Assembly: GCA_013265495.1 (NCBI GenBank)
Contig: MU058781.1
Location: forward strand, 3,659,050 to 3,723,049
Length of the DNA: 64,000 nucleotides
Source: Vicugna vicugna
Lineage: Eukaryota
Direction: 5' to 3'
The notes under the pieces were generated by a model that saw only the letters and a list, made by a program, of their open reading frames with translations, had not been told where the DNA came from and ran no database searches. Numbering within the stretch: position 1 is the first letter of the stretch; each line of letters begins with the position of its first letter. Positions 1 through 11,734 of this stretch are shown here, one piece after another. Position numbers and translations under genes: made by a program.

Positions 1-168
1 TTTTTTTTAGACATAATGCTCTTGCAAACTTAGCTGACTACAGTATAGAGCAAACGTAACTGTTCCATGCACTGGGAAACCAAAAAATGTGTGTGACTTG
101 CTTTATTGTGATATTTGCTTTATTGTAGTGGTTTGGAACTGAACCCACAATGTCTCAGATCTGCCTGT
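1..168. mobile_element. Tigger1-like (Tc1/mariner) DNA transposon terminal fragment
   Basis: ctttattgtgatatttgctttattgtagtggtttggaactgaacccacaatgtctcag...gcctgTA resembles the Tigger1 end as I recall it, followed by a TA target site; truncated by the window edge. Confidence 0.7.
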
Positions 169-946
169 AACAAGAAATACAGAGTTAGGCTGAGCATTGG
201 TTAGGGCTGGTATCTCTATAGTTCTTTTGGCCTTTCCCTCATGACCATAAGGTTGTTGCCACAACTCCAAGTATCACAGCTGTATTCACAGCAAGAAAAA
301 AAGAGAGAAGAGGTAGTGCCAGCCGTTTCTGATGCTTTATCAGCAAAGCAAAAACTTTTCCAGAAGCCCCCCGATAGACTTCCCTAAACTGGGAGTCTCA
401 TAACTGGCTTGGACCAGGAATGATTCATCATCCAGAACTGGGCATGTTACCACCTTGAATACATTTAGGTTTCTGACGAAGGAAAGAAGCGGAGAATGGC
501 AGGCTGGCTATAGTTTCTTTCTGTCCTCTGAAATCACTGGTTGGTAGTTTTCCTCCTAAATCACTGGTTGCCCGTTCTTATCTAAGAGAGAAGTGTCAGA
601 AAAAAAAAAAAAAAGCTGGTGGGATAGAGGCATACATTGAGTGAGGCTTACTGAGGGCCAGGACTCATACTAGGATGATCAGCCAGAGTGTCTGTCCATC
701 CTTTGCAGAACCCCAGATATCAGTAAGGGGAAGTGGTTTTGGTGGCTCTGTTCAGTCTCTTCAGAAAAGAATCCTTCTGTAGTGGTCGGCTCTGGAAGAC
801 TGGTGGTTGTGGGTAGGAATCAGAGGAAGGGGGTCGGGGGTCAAACTCTTCCCTTTCCATGCTCTCAGATTGACCAGGTAATGTCAGTCCCCTGATGACA
901 ACCATAAGCCTCAAGACTATCCACCCAGTTTCTGGTATCTTCAAGG

Positions 947-1325
947 CAGTGCTTTTCAACTGGGAGCAATTTTGTTCCCCAGGTAGGGTTGCCAGATTTA
1001 CAAATAAATATACAGGGTGCCCAGTTAAATGGGAATTTCAGACAAATAATGCAATATTTGGAACATACTTATACGAACAAATTATTTGTTGTTTATCTGA
1101 AATTCCTATTTAACTGGGCATCCCCTACTTTATCTGGTAAGCTGGCGGTACCCAGGGGATAGTGTTGGCAATGTCTCGAGACATTTTTGGTTGTTACAAC
1201 TCCAGGGGTGGGGAGAGGCCAGGGATGCTGTTAAACGTCCTGCAATGTCCAGGAAAGTTTCCCACCACAAAGATTTATCTGGTCCAAAATGTCAGTGGTG
1301 CCAAGGCTGAAAAATTCTATTCTAA
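947..1325 (+). mobile_element. MER20 (hAT-Charlie) element interrupted by a MER53-like MITE
   Basis: cagtgcttttcaac...ttggcaatgtctcgagacatttttggttgttacaac...ggccagggatgctg...ccaaaatgtcagtggtgccaaggctgaaaa resembles the MER20 consensus. Confidence 0.75.
985..1144. mobile_element. MER53-like palindromic MITE
   Basis: Inverted arms agggttgccagat...cccagttaaat..gaatttcaga / tctgaaattc..atttaactgggc...atctggtaagct; the left arm has an internal deletion. Confidence 0.75.
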
Positions 1326-2684
1326 GGCAAAGCCTTTTCCTTTCAACTTCTCCAAAGAATAAAACTCCAGACTCCTGCCTAACATTTTGTGCCTGGAGTG
1401 GGGACACATTCATTTATTTTTAAAATCTCAGCATGATCTATTATCCATGTTCACAGCAAAGACTCAAGCATTCTTTCCTCTTAGTTTTCTTCTGTAGCTA
1501 ACAAGCAGCCCAAGGAAGCCCTGGCCAAGATAAGACAGCACTTCTGTTAAGCTCGGGGCATGAAGGCCGGCCTGCCTATGGCCCTGGAGCCTTTTCTTGG
1601 TAAAGCCCAAGTTCAGAGTCAGCAGCACAGAGGAGCCCTGAAGAGCTGGGGGCTGGGGTGGAGGGAGCCTGGCGCATCTCATTCAGGGCTCAAGTTCCAC
1701 CTTCCTGCCTGTCAGGAGCAGGATGGGAGCCACACAGCTGCACTTCTCATGAAGAGATGCTTTCTTTGCAGGCCCAGGGATGGGAGGGGGGCCGGCAGCA
1801 GAAGGTGGGGAGAGTAGGACAAGGCTGTTAATCAAAGGACTTTTAAAAAAACAGGAGAGGAAGGAAGCACCCAGTAGGGAGGGTTCTGCATGTTTTCTGG
1901 TTATGAGATGCGAATAAATTCACGGGAGGTTATTTGAGGATATTTCTCCTAAGCCCTATTCACAGTTGTCCTTGAAATGAATACTGGAACATTAGAATTC
2001 AGGGATAATCGTGTCTTTCTGCAATGACCAGCCCCCATATCCTTTCCCCCAGCAGACCCGTGTGTCACACATGTTGGTGTATGTGCCAAAGAATGAAACA
2101 TGCACTGTTATCCACCCAATTTGTAGACCTCAGTTTCCCTAGGGAAAAAAATTGCTGGTAGGTTTTTTTCCTTTATTTTATTAATTTCAAAAATAAATAC
2201 AAAAGCTTTTTTTTTTTTTAAACCCATTAACTGTTGACTCAAGGACAGGGACCAGGTTTTTTTGAGACTTAAAAAATAAAAATCCATTTGGGCATTCATT
2301 AAGTCAAGCAAGATGAATCAGGCTTTTGGTTCTATAAAAGCTTGGCTTTTTATGGAAAATCTGTCTTTTCAGTTCTCTGCTTGCTGGAGAAAAGGATGCA
2401 AGAAGCATGAGAAGAGGGGCTGGGCAGACGGCGTTATAAACGCCCGGAAAAGCCCCTTTCAGGCTCAGCTGTGGCCTGGAGAACAAAATGGGGAGGGTGA
2501 GGAGTGGGATGGGGGCGGGGAGAGGGCGACCCCCTTGGTCCTCAATCACCATTCATCCATTTTCTGGTCCAGGAAAGTCACTGACTTTACTGTCAAATAA
2601 CGTTTGAAATTTCTATCTGAACTTTGGTGACTTGCTCTATTTCTCTTTGGAAAGTATTGTAAACTAAACTAGATTGATAGATCC

Positions 2685-3122
2685 ATTGAAGTATAGTTGA
2701 TTTATAGTACTGTGGTAGTTTCAGGCGTACAGCAAACTGATTCAGTTACATAGACGTATTTTTAGATTGTTTTCCATTATGTAAATATAGTTCGATTAAA
2801 TACAGTTACTACACAGTAAATCCTTATTGCTTATCTATTTTATGTAGAGGAGTTTGTATCTGTTAATCCCATATTCCTAATCTATTCCTCCCTACCTCCC
2901 TTTTCCCTTTGGTAACCATAAGTTTGTTTTCTATATCTGTGAATGTTTCAGTTTTGTGTATAGATTCATTTGTATTATTTTTTAGATTCCACATATAAAT
3001 GACATCATATAATAGTTGTCTTTCTCTGACTTACAGTACTTAGTATGATAATCTCTAGGTCCATCTATGTTGCTGCAAATGGCAATATTTCATTCTTTTC
3101 TATGGCTGAGTGATATTCCATT
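2685..3122 (-). mobile_element. LINE-1 3' end fragment
   Basis: Typical antisense L1 3' UTR text (tagattccacatataaatgacatcata...ctaggtccatctatgttgctgcaaatggcaatatttcattc). Confidence 0.75.
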
Positions 3123-6100
3123 AAACTAAAATTTTTTTAATTTGATTTTTCCATCCATTATAAAAGTAGTAGAGATATCCATGAGGAAAAACTCAGAATA
3201 TACAAAAAAAAGTAAAAAGTAGAGAAAATAAAAATGGAACCACTTGATCCATAGTTGAATATTCACAGAGACAGAGACCTTCTTTCCAAGGTTTACTGTA
3301 AGGTTAGTTTTTGGATTGCAAACTTGTGATGATGATCTTAAACACATCTCATGTTCAAAAAATAGGAACTCATTTATTTGGCACTTACTATTTGCTAGAC
3401 ACTTTTATGTACATAATTCCACTTAATGGCCGAAAACAGCCGGATGGAAGAGATACTGTTGTTACTTCCCCTTTTACAGATGAGAAACTGAGTCTCTGAT
3501 TAGCCACAGAGTTAGTAAGTGGCAGAACTAGGCATTTACTATTTTTTTCACTTAATATTGAACGTGATCTTTTCCATGTTATAATGCTACTTAAAAATAA
3601 TTTTAATTGTCCAGTTGCTATATTATAATTTATGAAACATTCACCTACCATTGGATTTTTGGGTTACTTCCAATTTTTTGTGGTTGTGAGTAGTGGTGAA
3701 CTTTTTTTCTATTTGTGACTGTGGATAATGCAATGAACATCTCTGAGCAAAGCTATTTTGGGATTTAAATGTTTTTAAGGATTGATTTCCAAAAATAAAA
3801 ATGGAATCACTAAAAATGTTTTTAAGGAGTTTTACCTATAAGAGAGTCACACTGATGTTCAAATAGGCTCCTTTCTCTGTATCTTCATTCAGCAATAGAA
3901 AATATTATTGAAAAATTTTAGTTGAATTTTTTAGGAAAGAAATTATAGTACATAGTTTGAATTTATTTTTGCCTTATAAATAATTAGCTCAAAAATTTTT
4001 TCATTCATTTGTTGGCCAGATATAAATCTTTTTTATGAATTGGCTTTTTTAACCAGTTATCTACTGGGGTATTAATGTTTTCCTAACCAATTTCAATGAA
4101 TAACCAGATAGCAAACAGTTTGTCATTTGTCACAGTCTCAGTATTGTCCTCAGGCTGCTATTTTCCTTTAATGTTTGAGTACCTTTTTTCATGACATTTG
4201 AAAATGTTTATTTAAACCTCTCGGTGTTTTCCACTGTGACATCCTTCATGTAGAGTTCAGATGCCCACTTCTCTTTTCTCCAAGTAAGCTGTTTTTAACA
4301 CTTCTGAGAAATTTCTCAGTAGTATTTATAAACTTTAAGGTTCAAAATAACACAGAGAAAACAACATCATCCTATTCCAAGCTCAGACTTACCTGGACAA
4401 TTGATTGCTGCAAACTACAGATCTCAAACCAGCCAAAGCTGATTTGGGCAAGCCTGCTCCAGGCAACCTTCGGGGTCCTCCATTCCCCTGGCAAGCCAGC
4501 CCCGTATTTAAAGGGCTCTCATTATGTGATGTCGAAAATTCTCCATTACAGCTCATTTGAAATGCTTCTTCTGCCATGTAGATCCGTTTCCTTTGTCCTG
4601 TTCTCAGCAGAGACAGAACAGTGAGGCATTGTTCCCCAGGCCGTGATTCCTCCTGGGAAGCACCGACCCTGGGCATGGTGGGCTCTCAGACATTTCTTGA
4701 TTAAAGTTGGTATTTAAAATAATCAGAACTATTCTCAAGCTTCCTTTCTCCAAGTTAAATAAGCTAACAACTTTTTTTTTTAACCCTTTGGATCATCTCT
4801 GTGTCTTTCTTTTACTTCTAGGAGCTCCTGGTCCTCTTGAAACACAGTCTCCAAGTTGAGACAGAGACATCTATGTCCTCCAGTCACCCCTGCTCTGGGT
4901 CAAACAACCATATACTTGCCTTCTCTAGAAATACTGCTTCCTGCCACCACACAAATAAACAGCTGACAGTGCAGAGCTTGGAAAATTCATTGGCGCCAAG
5001 AGGAGAGAATCCAAGAGTGAACAGAGAAGTCAGTTTAGGCTGAAGCTTTTTCTACTGAGACTGAAGAATGATTCATTTTCTTAGATTCTCTCATTAAATC
5101 ATTATTGCTTAATTATAGGGATCTTTAGAAGGCCAAGGAAACCGAGTTTGAATTCTCTTCTAGAGCTTTTCTGCAGGCTCTCTGAGGAACGTAGGAAGGG
5201 AAATTGGAGGACAGGCACCCTTCTGACTAAAGCCCAAGACAGCAACCATTGATTTTGCTTGGCAACGCCCACGGATCCCTTTCAGTGCTTTTAACGTTTC
5301 CTTGTTGGAGAGTCCTACCAAAAAAAGTATAGCACTTTTTGCCAAATATATTTTAAACTGACCCTACTATTAAGAAAAGAGTAAGAGAATATTAGCTATC
5401 AATCGTGTTTAAGAAATGACTTCCTACATTAAGCTAAAATTCCTTCTTTTTAATATCAATTTTAGTGACCCTGGGTCTAAATCATCTCTTCCATTAATCT
5501 CTCAGAAGGTCATTTTTAGAACATGAGTGTGAATGTATAAAAACACAGAGAGACATCTCAAGTGACAGTTTTAGTGTCTGTGGTTAAGGCGCTGAACTGG
5601 ATTGATTTAGACGTCCTGTCACAGCAAGATAATTGACCCTTCCCTGGTCTGTACTCCCCAAAGCAAGCTTTGAAGCAAACCAGCTCAGCATGCAATTCAT
5701 CTTTCTCTTCCTTTGACTTTTAAAGTGGCCTGGGTCAAGCGCAGCCTTCTTCCAATGAATGATGTGGTGTTGGATTCTTCTTTTTCTATTGAATTATACA
5801 ATCCCAGGTGTGACAGTGCCTCACCCCTTGACCTTGGGTCAGTCACTTAACCTCTATGTCCAGGTGGCTGCACTTAAAATGGAAGATGTTACCATTGATC
5901 TGAAAATTCAGGGACGAATAACTTATTAATGATTTGAAAGCACTTAGGACCTATAAAGCACTATAAAAAATCTCTCCTGTAATAATATACAGATAGCATA
6001 AGAGAAGTGTGAGAGTCAGTCACCATCGTGGAAATGAACCACTTATGTGCCATCCTGATGCTCCGTGAAATTTAAGTGAAGGAGGAGAGCCCTTTTCCAC

Positions 6101-7134
6101 CACAAAGTTTTTGCCAAAGGGCAAAGACATCAGAGTAGGTGGACACTTGTAAATTTGCCTTCCACTTCTTTCCCTGTGGCTGTTCTGTAACAATTGTGAT
6201 CCAAAGCTGTCTTTATGTGCCAGACAGTCCGGGGTCTCCTCATTGCCACCGGCCTCTTTTGACCAAGAAGGTAGAAAGCAAAGCTGTGTTTAAATGCCAA
6301 CACGTTTGGAGCGTGTACGGGTCTCTCTGGAAACCCTAGTGGAGCATGTGGAAGAAAAGATGGACAGGCAAGTGGATGGATACCTTGTCAACCATCTGAG
6401 GGTTTTGGAAAATGTGTAGTTGTGCTACTGGAATGTGAAGCATTTCTAGACCAAAAGAGGCCAATTTAAGGCGACACTTGAAAGAGATGGTGCTTACTGT
6501 CACGTGTACGTGTCCTTACTTTGACTGCTTACCATCTGCACCCCACTCCCATGCACGGGGAATTCTCCCACCTTAGGAGTTTTGTGTGTGTGGTTTTAAA
6601 ACTTTTTACTGTAATGTAACAACGAAGTAAACAGTAATTAGAAGCCTATCAATTCCCCCCCAAAACAAACTCAAAAAATGTAAACAGGAAAACAACTCTG
6701 CCTATACTTGTACAGCTTCTCAAAGCACGTTAGAATTTCAATGATCAAGAAATTTTAAAGTAGCAGTAATTATTTAAGAAAAAGTTCCCCTCCTCCCCTC
6801 CTCCAACCCCAAGTATTTAACACGAAAGAATGGGCTTTCTTACACGTTAATTTTATCCCTATTGGACGCAACAACAACAACCATCAATAATTTGGCAGAT
6901 CGTCATTCACGAGAAGTCTGGGAAGTGCACAAAGACGAAGCAGGATCCTGTCCCCTTTCGCCGCCCAGCCGTCCTACTCAAGAAAGACAAGCAAAGAAAC
7001 AATCTTGTTGGATGATCCACAGGCCCAGGGAACGGGGTCTAGGGCTCAGGAGCCCGGCCAGGTCTGGGTCTCCAGCAGGGGCTACTGCAGCCCGGGCAGG
7101 TGGGCCGAACCGCTCCGCCCCTGGCCTGCTCGTC

Positions 7135-7155
7135 CCGCCGCCGCCGCCGCCGCCG
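7135..7155 (+). repeat. (CCG)7 trinucleotide repeat in the CpG island
   Basis: Direct read: ccgccgccgccgccgccgccg. Confidence 0.95.
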
Positions 7156-7489
7156 TTCGGGCCTCCTGCAGGTGTGTCTGCGCCGGGCCCAGACCCGGGT
7201 CTCCACGGCCTTCCCGGGCTCCCTGGAGGGGAGATGAGCACGCCTACACCCGCCGAGGGTGATCAGGGGCTCTGGGAGGTGGGGGCGGAGCCAGCCAGCC
7301 CGGCCGCGGCGCGCGTGCGCGGCACGTCCGTGTCCCCGCTTTCCGGGTCCGCGACGGTGGCGAGGTGGGGAGGGAGTACGAGGGGGAGGGGAGCGCGATG
7401 TGGGGAGGGGGCGTGAGGTGGAGGGGGCGTGAGGCGGGGAAGAGGGCGCGCGGGGTGGGAGTGCGAGGGGGAGGACCCCCCGAGGCTTC

Positions 7490-7577
7490 CGTTGGCGGAA
7501 GCCGGAGGCCAGGTGTCTTCCCCGCACAGCGCGGGGGCAGCTGCAGGAAACGAGGTTGGAAAGTCAGGCCGGAGCCG
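7490..7577 (+). other. SIRT5: Candidate SIRT5 non-coding first exon (5' boundary approximate)
   Basis: Donor CCG|gtgagc at 7577/7578, downstream of ETS motifs in the CpG island; the TSS is inferred only. Confidence 0.45.
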
Positions 7578-9660
7578 GTGAGCCTGGTAGGCCGCTGGAA
7601 GGGGCGCCCCGGGGGGCTCGGAGCAGGGCGTCCCCTTTGAGGCGAGTCACCCCGGGCACTGCAGTAGCCTGAGTGGCAGATGCGGGTGGCCTAGGCCGGG
7701 GGCGCGGCCGGCTTCGGGAATGTAGTTGAACGCTGCAGCCGTGAGGATTTGTGAGCAGTCGGCCTGTAGGTGTGAGATATGAGAGGAAGGGGAGGCCACT
7801 CCTCTTGATTATATTAGAGACCAGTTGCAAGGAGAATTTGTTGACACGCTTGCTTCTTATTTTTAAATGAAGTTCATTGAAATGTAACTTATACACTATA
7901 AAATTCACCCTTTTTGTTATAAAGTCTGTGAGTTTTGAAAACCACCACAAAATGAAGACAATTTTCCCTGGCCCCTCCTGCCCCCACCCCCACCCCCGCA
8001 GTCCCTGGAAACTACGGAGGTGATTTCTGTTGTGCCCTTTCGGAATGTGTAAATGGTCTTATATAGTAAGTAGCCTTTTGGGTCCGGCTTCCTTCGCTTA
8101 GCATAATGCTTTTCTTTTTTCCAAAAGAAAGCAGCTTTATACTTGCGATAATTTTAAGTTTAGAGAAATATTGCAAACACAGCACACAGAGTTCCCATAT
8201 ACTATGTACCAGCACCATTTCCCCTAAGGTTACCATCTTACCTGACTAGGGTACGATCATCTAAACTAGCACACTTACATTGATACCATACCCTTAGCTA
8301 ACTGGCTAACTTCATTCAAATTCTGCTGCTAAGGTCCGTTTTGGTGTCTCGAATCCAGCGCAGGGTCCCGCACTGCATTTAGTTGTCGTGTCTCCTTAGT
8401 CTGCAAATGGGAACAAGTGTATCTTTCATAACCTTAGGAACGTTTTTGAAGAGGACTGGTGGCCACTTTGGCTGCAGAATGCCCCCTCAATTGGGGTTTG
8501 TCTGACCTAATGCATTTCGGGGGGAAAATACCACCCAGGTGATGTTTTGTTCTTCTCATTGCATCATACCAGGAGGTAGATGAAGTCAGTATGTCTTACT
8601 ACTGGTGGTGTTAACTTTGGTCACTTGATTAAGTACCTGCCAGGTTTTTTTCCACTGTGATGTTACTATCGTGTAAGACTTTGAAAATGCATCCATGTTG
8701 CTGCAGGTACGACCGGTTTTCTTCTTTTTAAGGCTGAATAGTATTTCATTGTATGGATGAGCCACAATTTGTTTATCCATTTGTAAGTTGATAGGCATTT
8801 GGTTTGCTTCCGTCTTATGGCCTGGTGCTATTTGATAGGCCTGTTGAATATAAATAATTTCACAGAACACCAACAAGGCTACCTACCCCATGATCACAGG
8901 GAGGCAGGACAAAAATAAGACAACTACATAATTAGGTCTGAACGCAGACATAAATAAGAGCTTTGTCTTAACCACGTAAATGACAAAACATCCTCCTATC
9001 CTGGCTAATAGGAGGGCGTGCTGCCTCTTGACCAATCCTGGCTCAAGCCTCACTTCACTCCTTCCTCCTACATCTCATTCACTGAAATATCCAAGCAAAG
9101 GATCCTGTTTTCTGACAGCATCCAATCCAGATGAAAGCCTCCTTCCGTGAACCCTCCCTGACCTAACCCAGCACAAGCCCACATCCTATAATAAACCCTT
9201 TCTAACAGTTGAGATACCTGCAGCTCCTCACTGTGAACTTCTCTCCTTGCAACTTTCCCGACTGCAGGCATGTCCGTGGGCTTTCCCTGGAGAGCCCTGA
9301 TAATGCAAATAGCATGTGAACACGTGTATCCATAACCCTTGCTTTCACTCTTGTCTCCATACGTCCTGTTTCTCACTCCAGTTCTTGTTACTAATATCTT
9401 GGGAATTCCTCCGTTTTTAAAAAATGCAAATGCAAATAAGTACTATGGTATAACGTATATCCCCCCTCCCTTTCTCTTACAAAACGCTATTTGCACCTGA
9501 CTTTTTGCCCCATTCTAGGGAACCTCTATCAGATAAGAGGGAACATCTTTATTTTTTTTTTCTTAAACCTGTGAAATCTGAACATTGGAAAGATTTATGG
9601 AATTAAACAATCTGATTTGGAACTCGGATTTTTGAGCCTCATCTTCTGGACATGTTTTCC

Positions 9661-9776
9661 TTTGTTTTTTGGGGGGAGGTAATTAGGTTTATTTATTTTT
9701 ATTGAAGATATTGGGGATTGAACCCAGGACCTCATGCATGCTGGGCATGCACTTTACAACTGAGCTATTCCCTCCC
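9661..9776 (-). mobile_element. tRNA-derived SINE (Vic-1-like, camelid)
   Basis: Minus strand reads GGGAATAGCTCAGTTGTAAAGTGCATGCCCAGCATGCATGAGGTCCTGGGTTCAATCCCC, with Pol III A/B boxes and an AT-rich tail. Confidence 0.8.
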
Positions 9777-9960
9777 TGCTAGACATTTATTTTTAACCTG
9801 AGTATCCTCTGCTCTGCTGATAGACCAACATTCACTTCTGAAGCCAACCAGCTGTCTGCTTATAAATACTGTGAACCAGCAAATTACATTTAATTAGACT
9901 TTGAATTAGGCTTTGTTCATTTGAGTTGATTTTTTTTAAATGTTAAAAATTTTTTTTTAA

Positions 9961-10095
9961 ATTTTTCTTTTCGGGGAGGATAGGTAATTAGTTTTCTTTA
10001 TTGATTGATTTATTTTAATGGAGGTACTAGAGATTGAACCCAGAAACTCCTGCATGCTAAGCATGCATTCTACCACTGAGCCATACCCTCCCCCC
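9961..10095 (-). mobile_element. tRNA-derived SINE (Vic-1-like)
   Basis: Same A-box/B-box head (ggaggtactagagattgaacccag...ctaccactgagccataccc on +). Confidence 0.8.
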
Positions 10096-11175
10096 TTGTT
10101 TTTTTAATTGTAGTAAAATACATATAACATAAAATTTACCATCTTAACTATCATTAAGGGCAGAGTTCTGTTGTGTTAAGTACATTCACGTTGTTGTGCA
10201 TCTAATCTCCAGAACTCTTTTTATCTTGTAAAACTGAAACTCTATGCCCATTATTTTTAAACTATTTTATAACTTATATAATAAATTATATAAAAGCAGT
10301 AAAATGAACGCTTTTTTAGTGTAGAGGTCTGTGGGTTGTGACAACACTGTCGTGTAACCACCAGCACAATCAAGATGTGGGACAATCCCGTCACTTCCCC
10401 AGGTCCCCCTACCCCTGTGTGTGTTCACTCCTCCCTGCTCTGGCAACCACTGATATGTTTTCTGTCCTCACAGTTATGCCTATTCCAGAATGTCATATAA
10501 GTAGAATCTTTTTTTATAGCAGCCATGTTGTATGGTGTGAGTGTGCTATTGTTTATTGAATTTATCCCCTTTGGATGGACGTGTAGGTTGTTTCTGGTCT
10601 CTTGCTGTTAATCACAGTGGTCTAAAGAACAACTCTGGAGATGTGTCATTTTGGATGTGTGCAAGTCTCACGGTTGTAAAAATGTCCAGACTTGGGATTG
10701 CTAAATCAAAGGGGAAATGCATTTGTAATTTTGATAGGTTTTCCTCCAAAGGGATTGTAAAGTTTTGGGAAATATGTTATTTTTCTCTTTTTCTTGTATA
10801 TGCAGACCTTTAATTCTGAGTTCTCCCCCTGATGTGACTTACTAGATAGAAGTCAGTTACCCTTTTAATGTCATGGATCCAAATTATGCCTTTCTCTGTG
10901 TCTGTCTGTCTTTTATAAAATTCCTCAGGGACAGACAAAGATTTACAATGTGCTTTGAGACTCACATGTTTCTTTGACATGATGTCACCTTGATCCTATT
11001 TGTTGTCATAGTACATATCTTCCCTGCCTAGTTCAATTCTCAGAACTTACAGTCACACAGAAGTAGTATTTTGACTGAAAGTTGAGAGGCCAGTGGTTTT
11101 CATACCTTTTTAAAAGCACTAGAACCCGTTTTTCAAATGAATTCTCAGATCTGACTCTTTCCCAAGCCTCCAAGG

Positions 11176-11352
11176 CAGTGGTTCTCAAACTTGGGCATTT
11201 GTTAGAATCACCTGGAGACAGATGTGCCCCACCCCCACCCCCGACAAAGTTTCTGATTCAGTGGGTCTGGGATGGAGCCCATGGCTTTGCATTTCTAACA
11301 AGATCTCAGAGGCTGCTGCTTCTGCTGGCCTGGGGACCACTCTGAACCACTG
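11176..11352. mobile_element. MER5A-like hAT MITE
   Basis: TIRs cagtggttctcaaac ... gaaccactg; internal tagaatcacctggag and tttgcatttctaacaag. Confidence 0.75.
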
Positions 11353-11452
11353 CTCTGGGTGCCGAGGAGCACACAAATCAAAACAGCTTATTTAGAGGAT
11401 GAACACCGTGAAGATTATTACTAAAGATTTTTGTTAAAGGCATTCTTACATT

Positions 11453-11532
11453 TGTGTGTGTGTACACATATGTGTGTGTGTAATATATATCTCTGTGTGT
11501 ACATGTGTGTATATATATGTGTATATGTATAT
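11453..11532 (+). repeat. Compound (TG)n/(TA)n microsatellite
   Basis: Direct read; just upstream of the first SIRT5 coding-exon acceptor. Confidence 0.85.
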
Positions 11533-11619
11533 TTGTAGAAAAACTAGCATTTTCTGATTGTTTCTCTGTGTGATTTTTCTAAAGCCCATCTCAAGAATTA
11601 GTGCGACACAGAAAACCTG

Positions 11620-11734
11620 ATGCCACCTTTCCGGATTGTCCCAAGCAGATTATTTTCCCAGCTGTATTGTGGGTTGAAGTCTCCAGCCTCCAAACACACC
11701 AAGATTTGCCTAACAATGGCTCGTCCAAGCTCAG
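11620..11734 (+). CDS. SIRT5: SIRT5 coding exon 1 (mitochondrial targeting peptide); exon begins at 11585
   Basis: [38 protein letters not shown]; acceptor ttctaaag, donor G|gtaggt. Confidence 0.93.

Larger units (their letters stand above)
7030..7760. promoter_or_regulatory. SIRT5: CpG island / SIRT5 promoter with GC boxes and ETS (CGGAAG) motifs
   Basis: Very high GC and CpG density; GGGGCGG box ~7281; gcttccg and gcggaag at 7485-7501; ~4 kb upstream of the first SIRT5 coding exon. Confidence 0.85.

Noticed and set aside
6862..7640. Several 85-184 aa Pro/Gly/Arg-rich ORFs on both strands
   Set aside because: Expected from stop-codon depletion in a CpG island; low complexity, mostly non-ATG starts, no recognisable domain
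8840..9400. Possible solo LTR in SIRT5 intron 1 (similar candidate at ~29155-29640)
   Set aside because: LTR-like composition, but I could not fix termini, TSDs or family without a Dfam search
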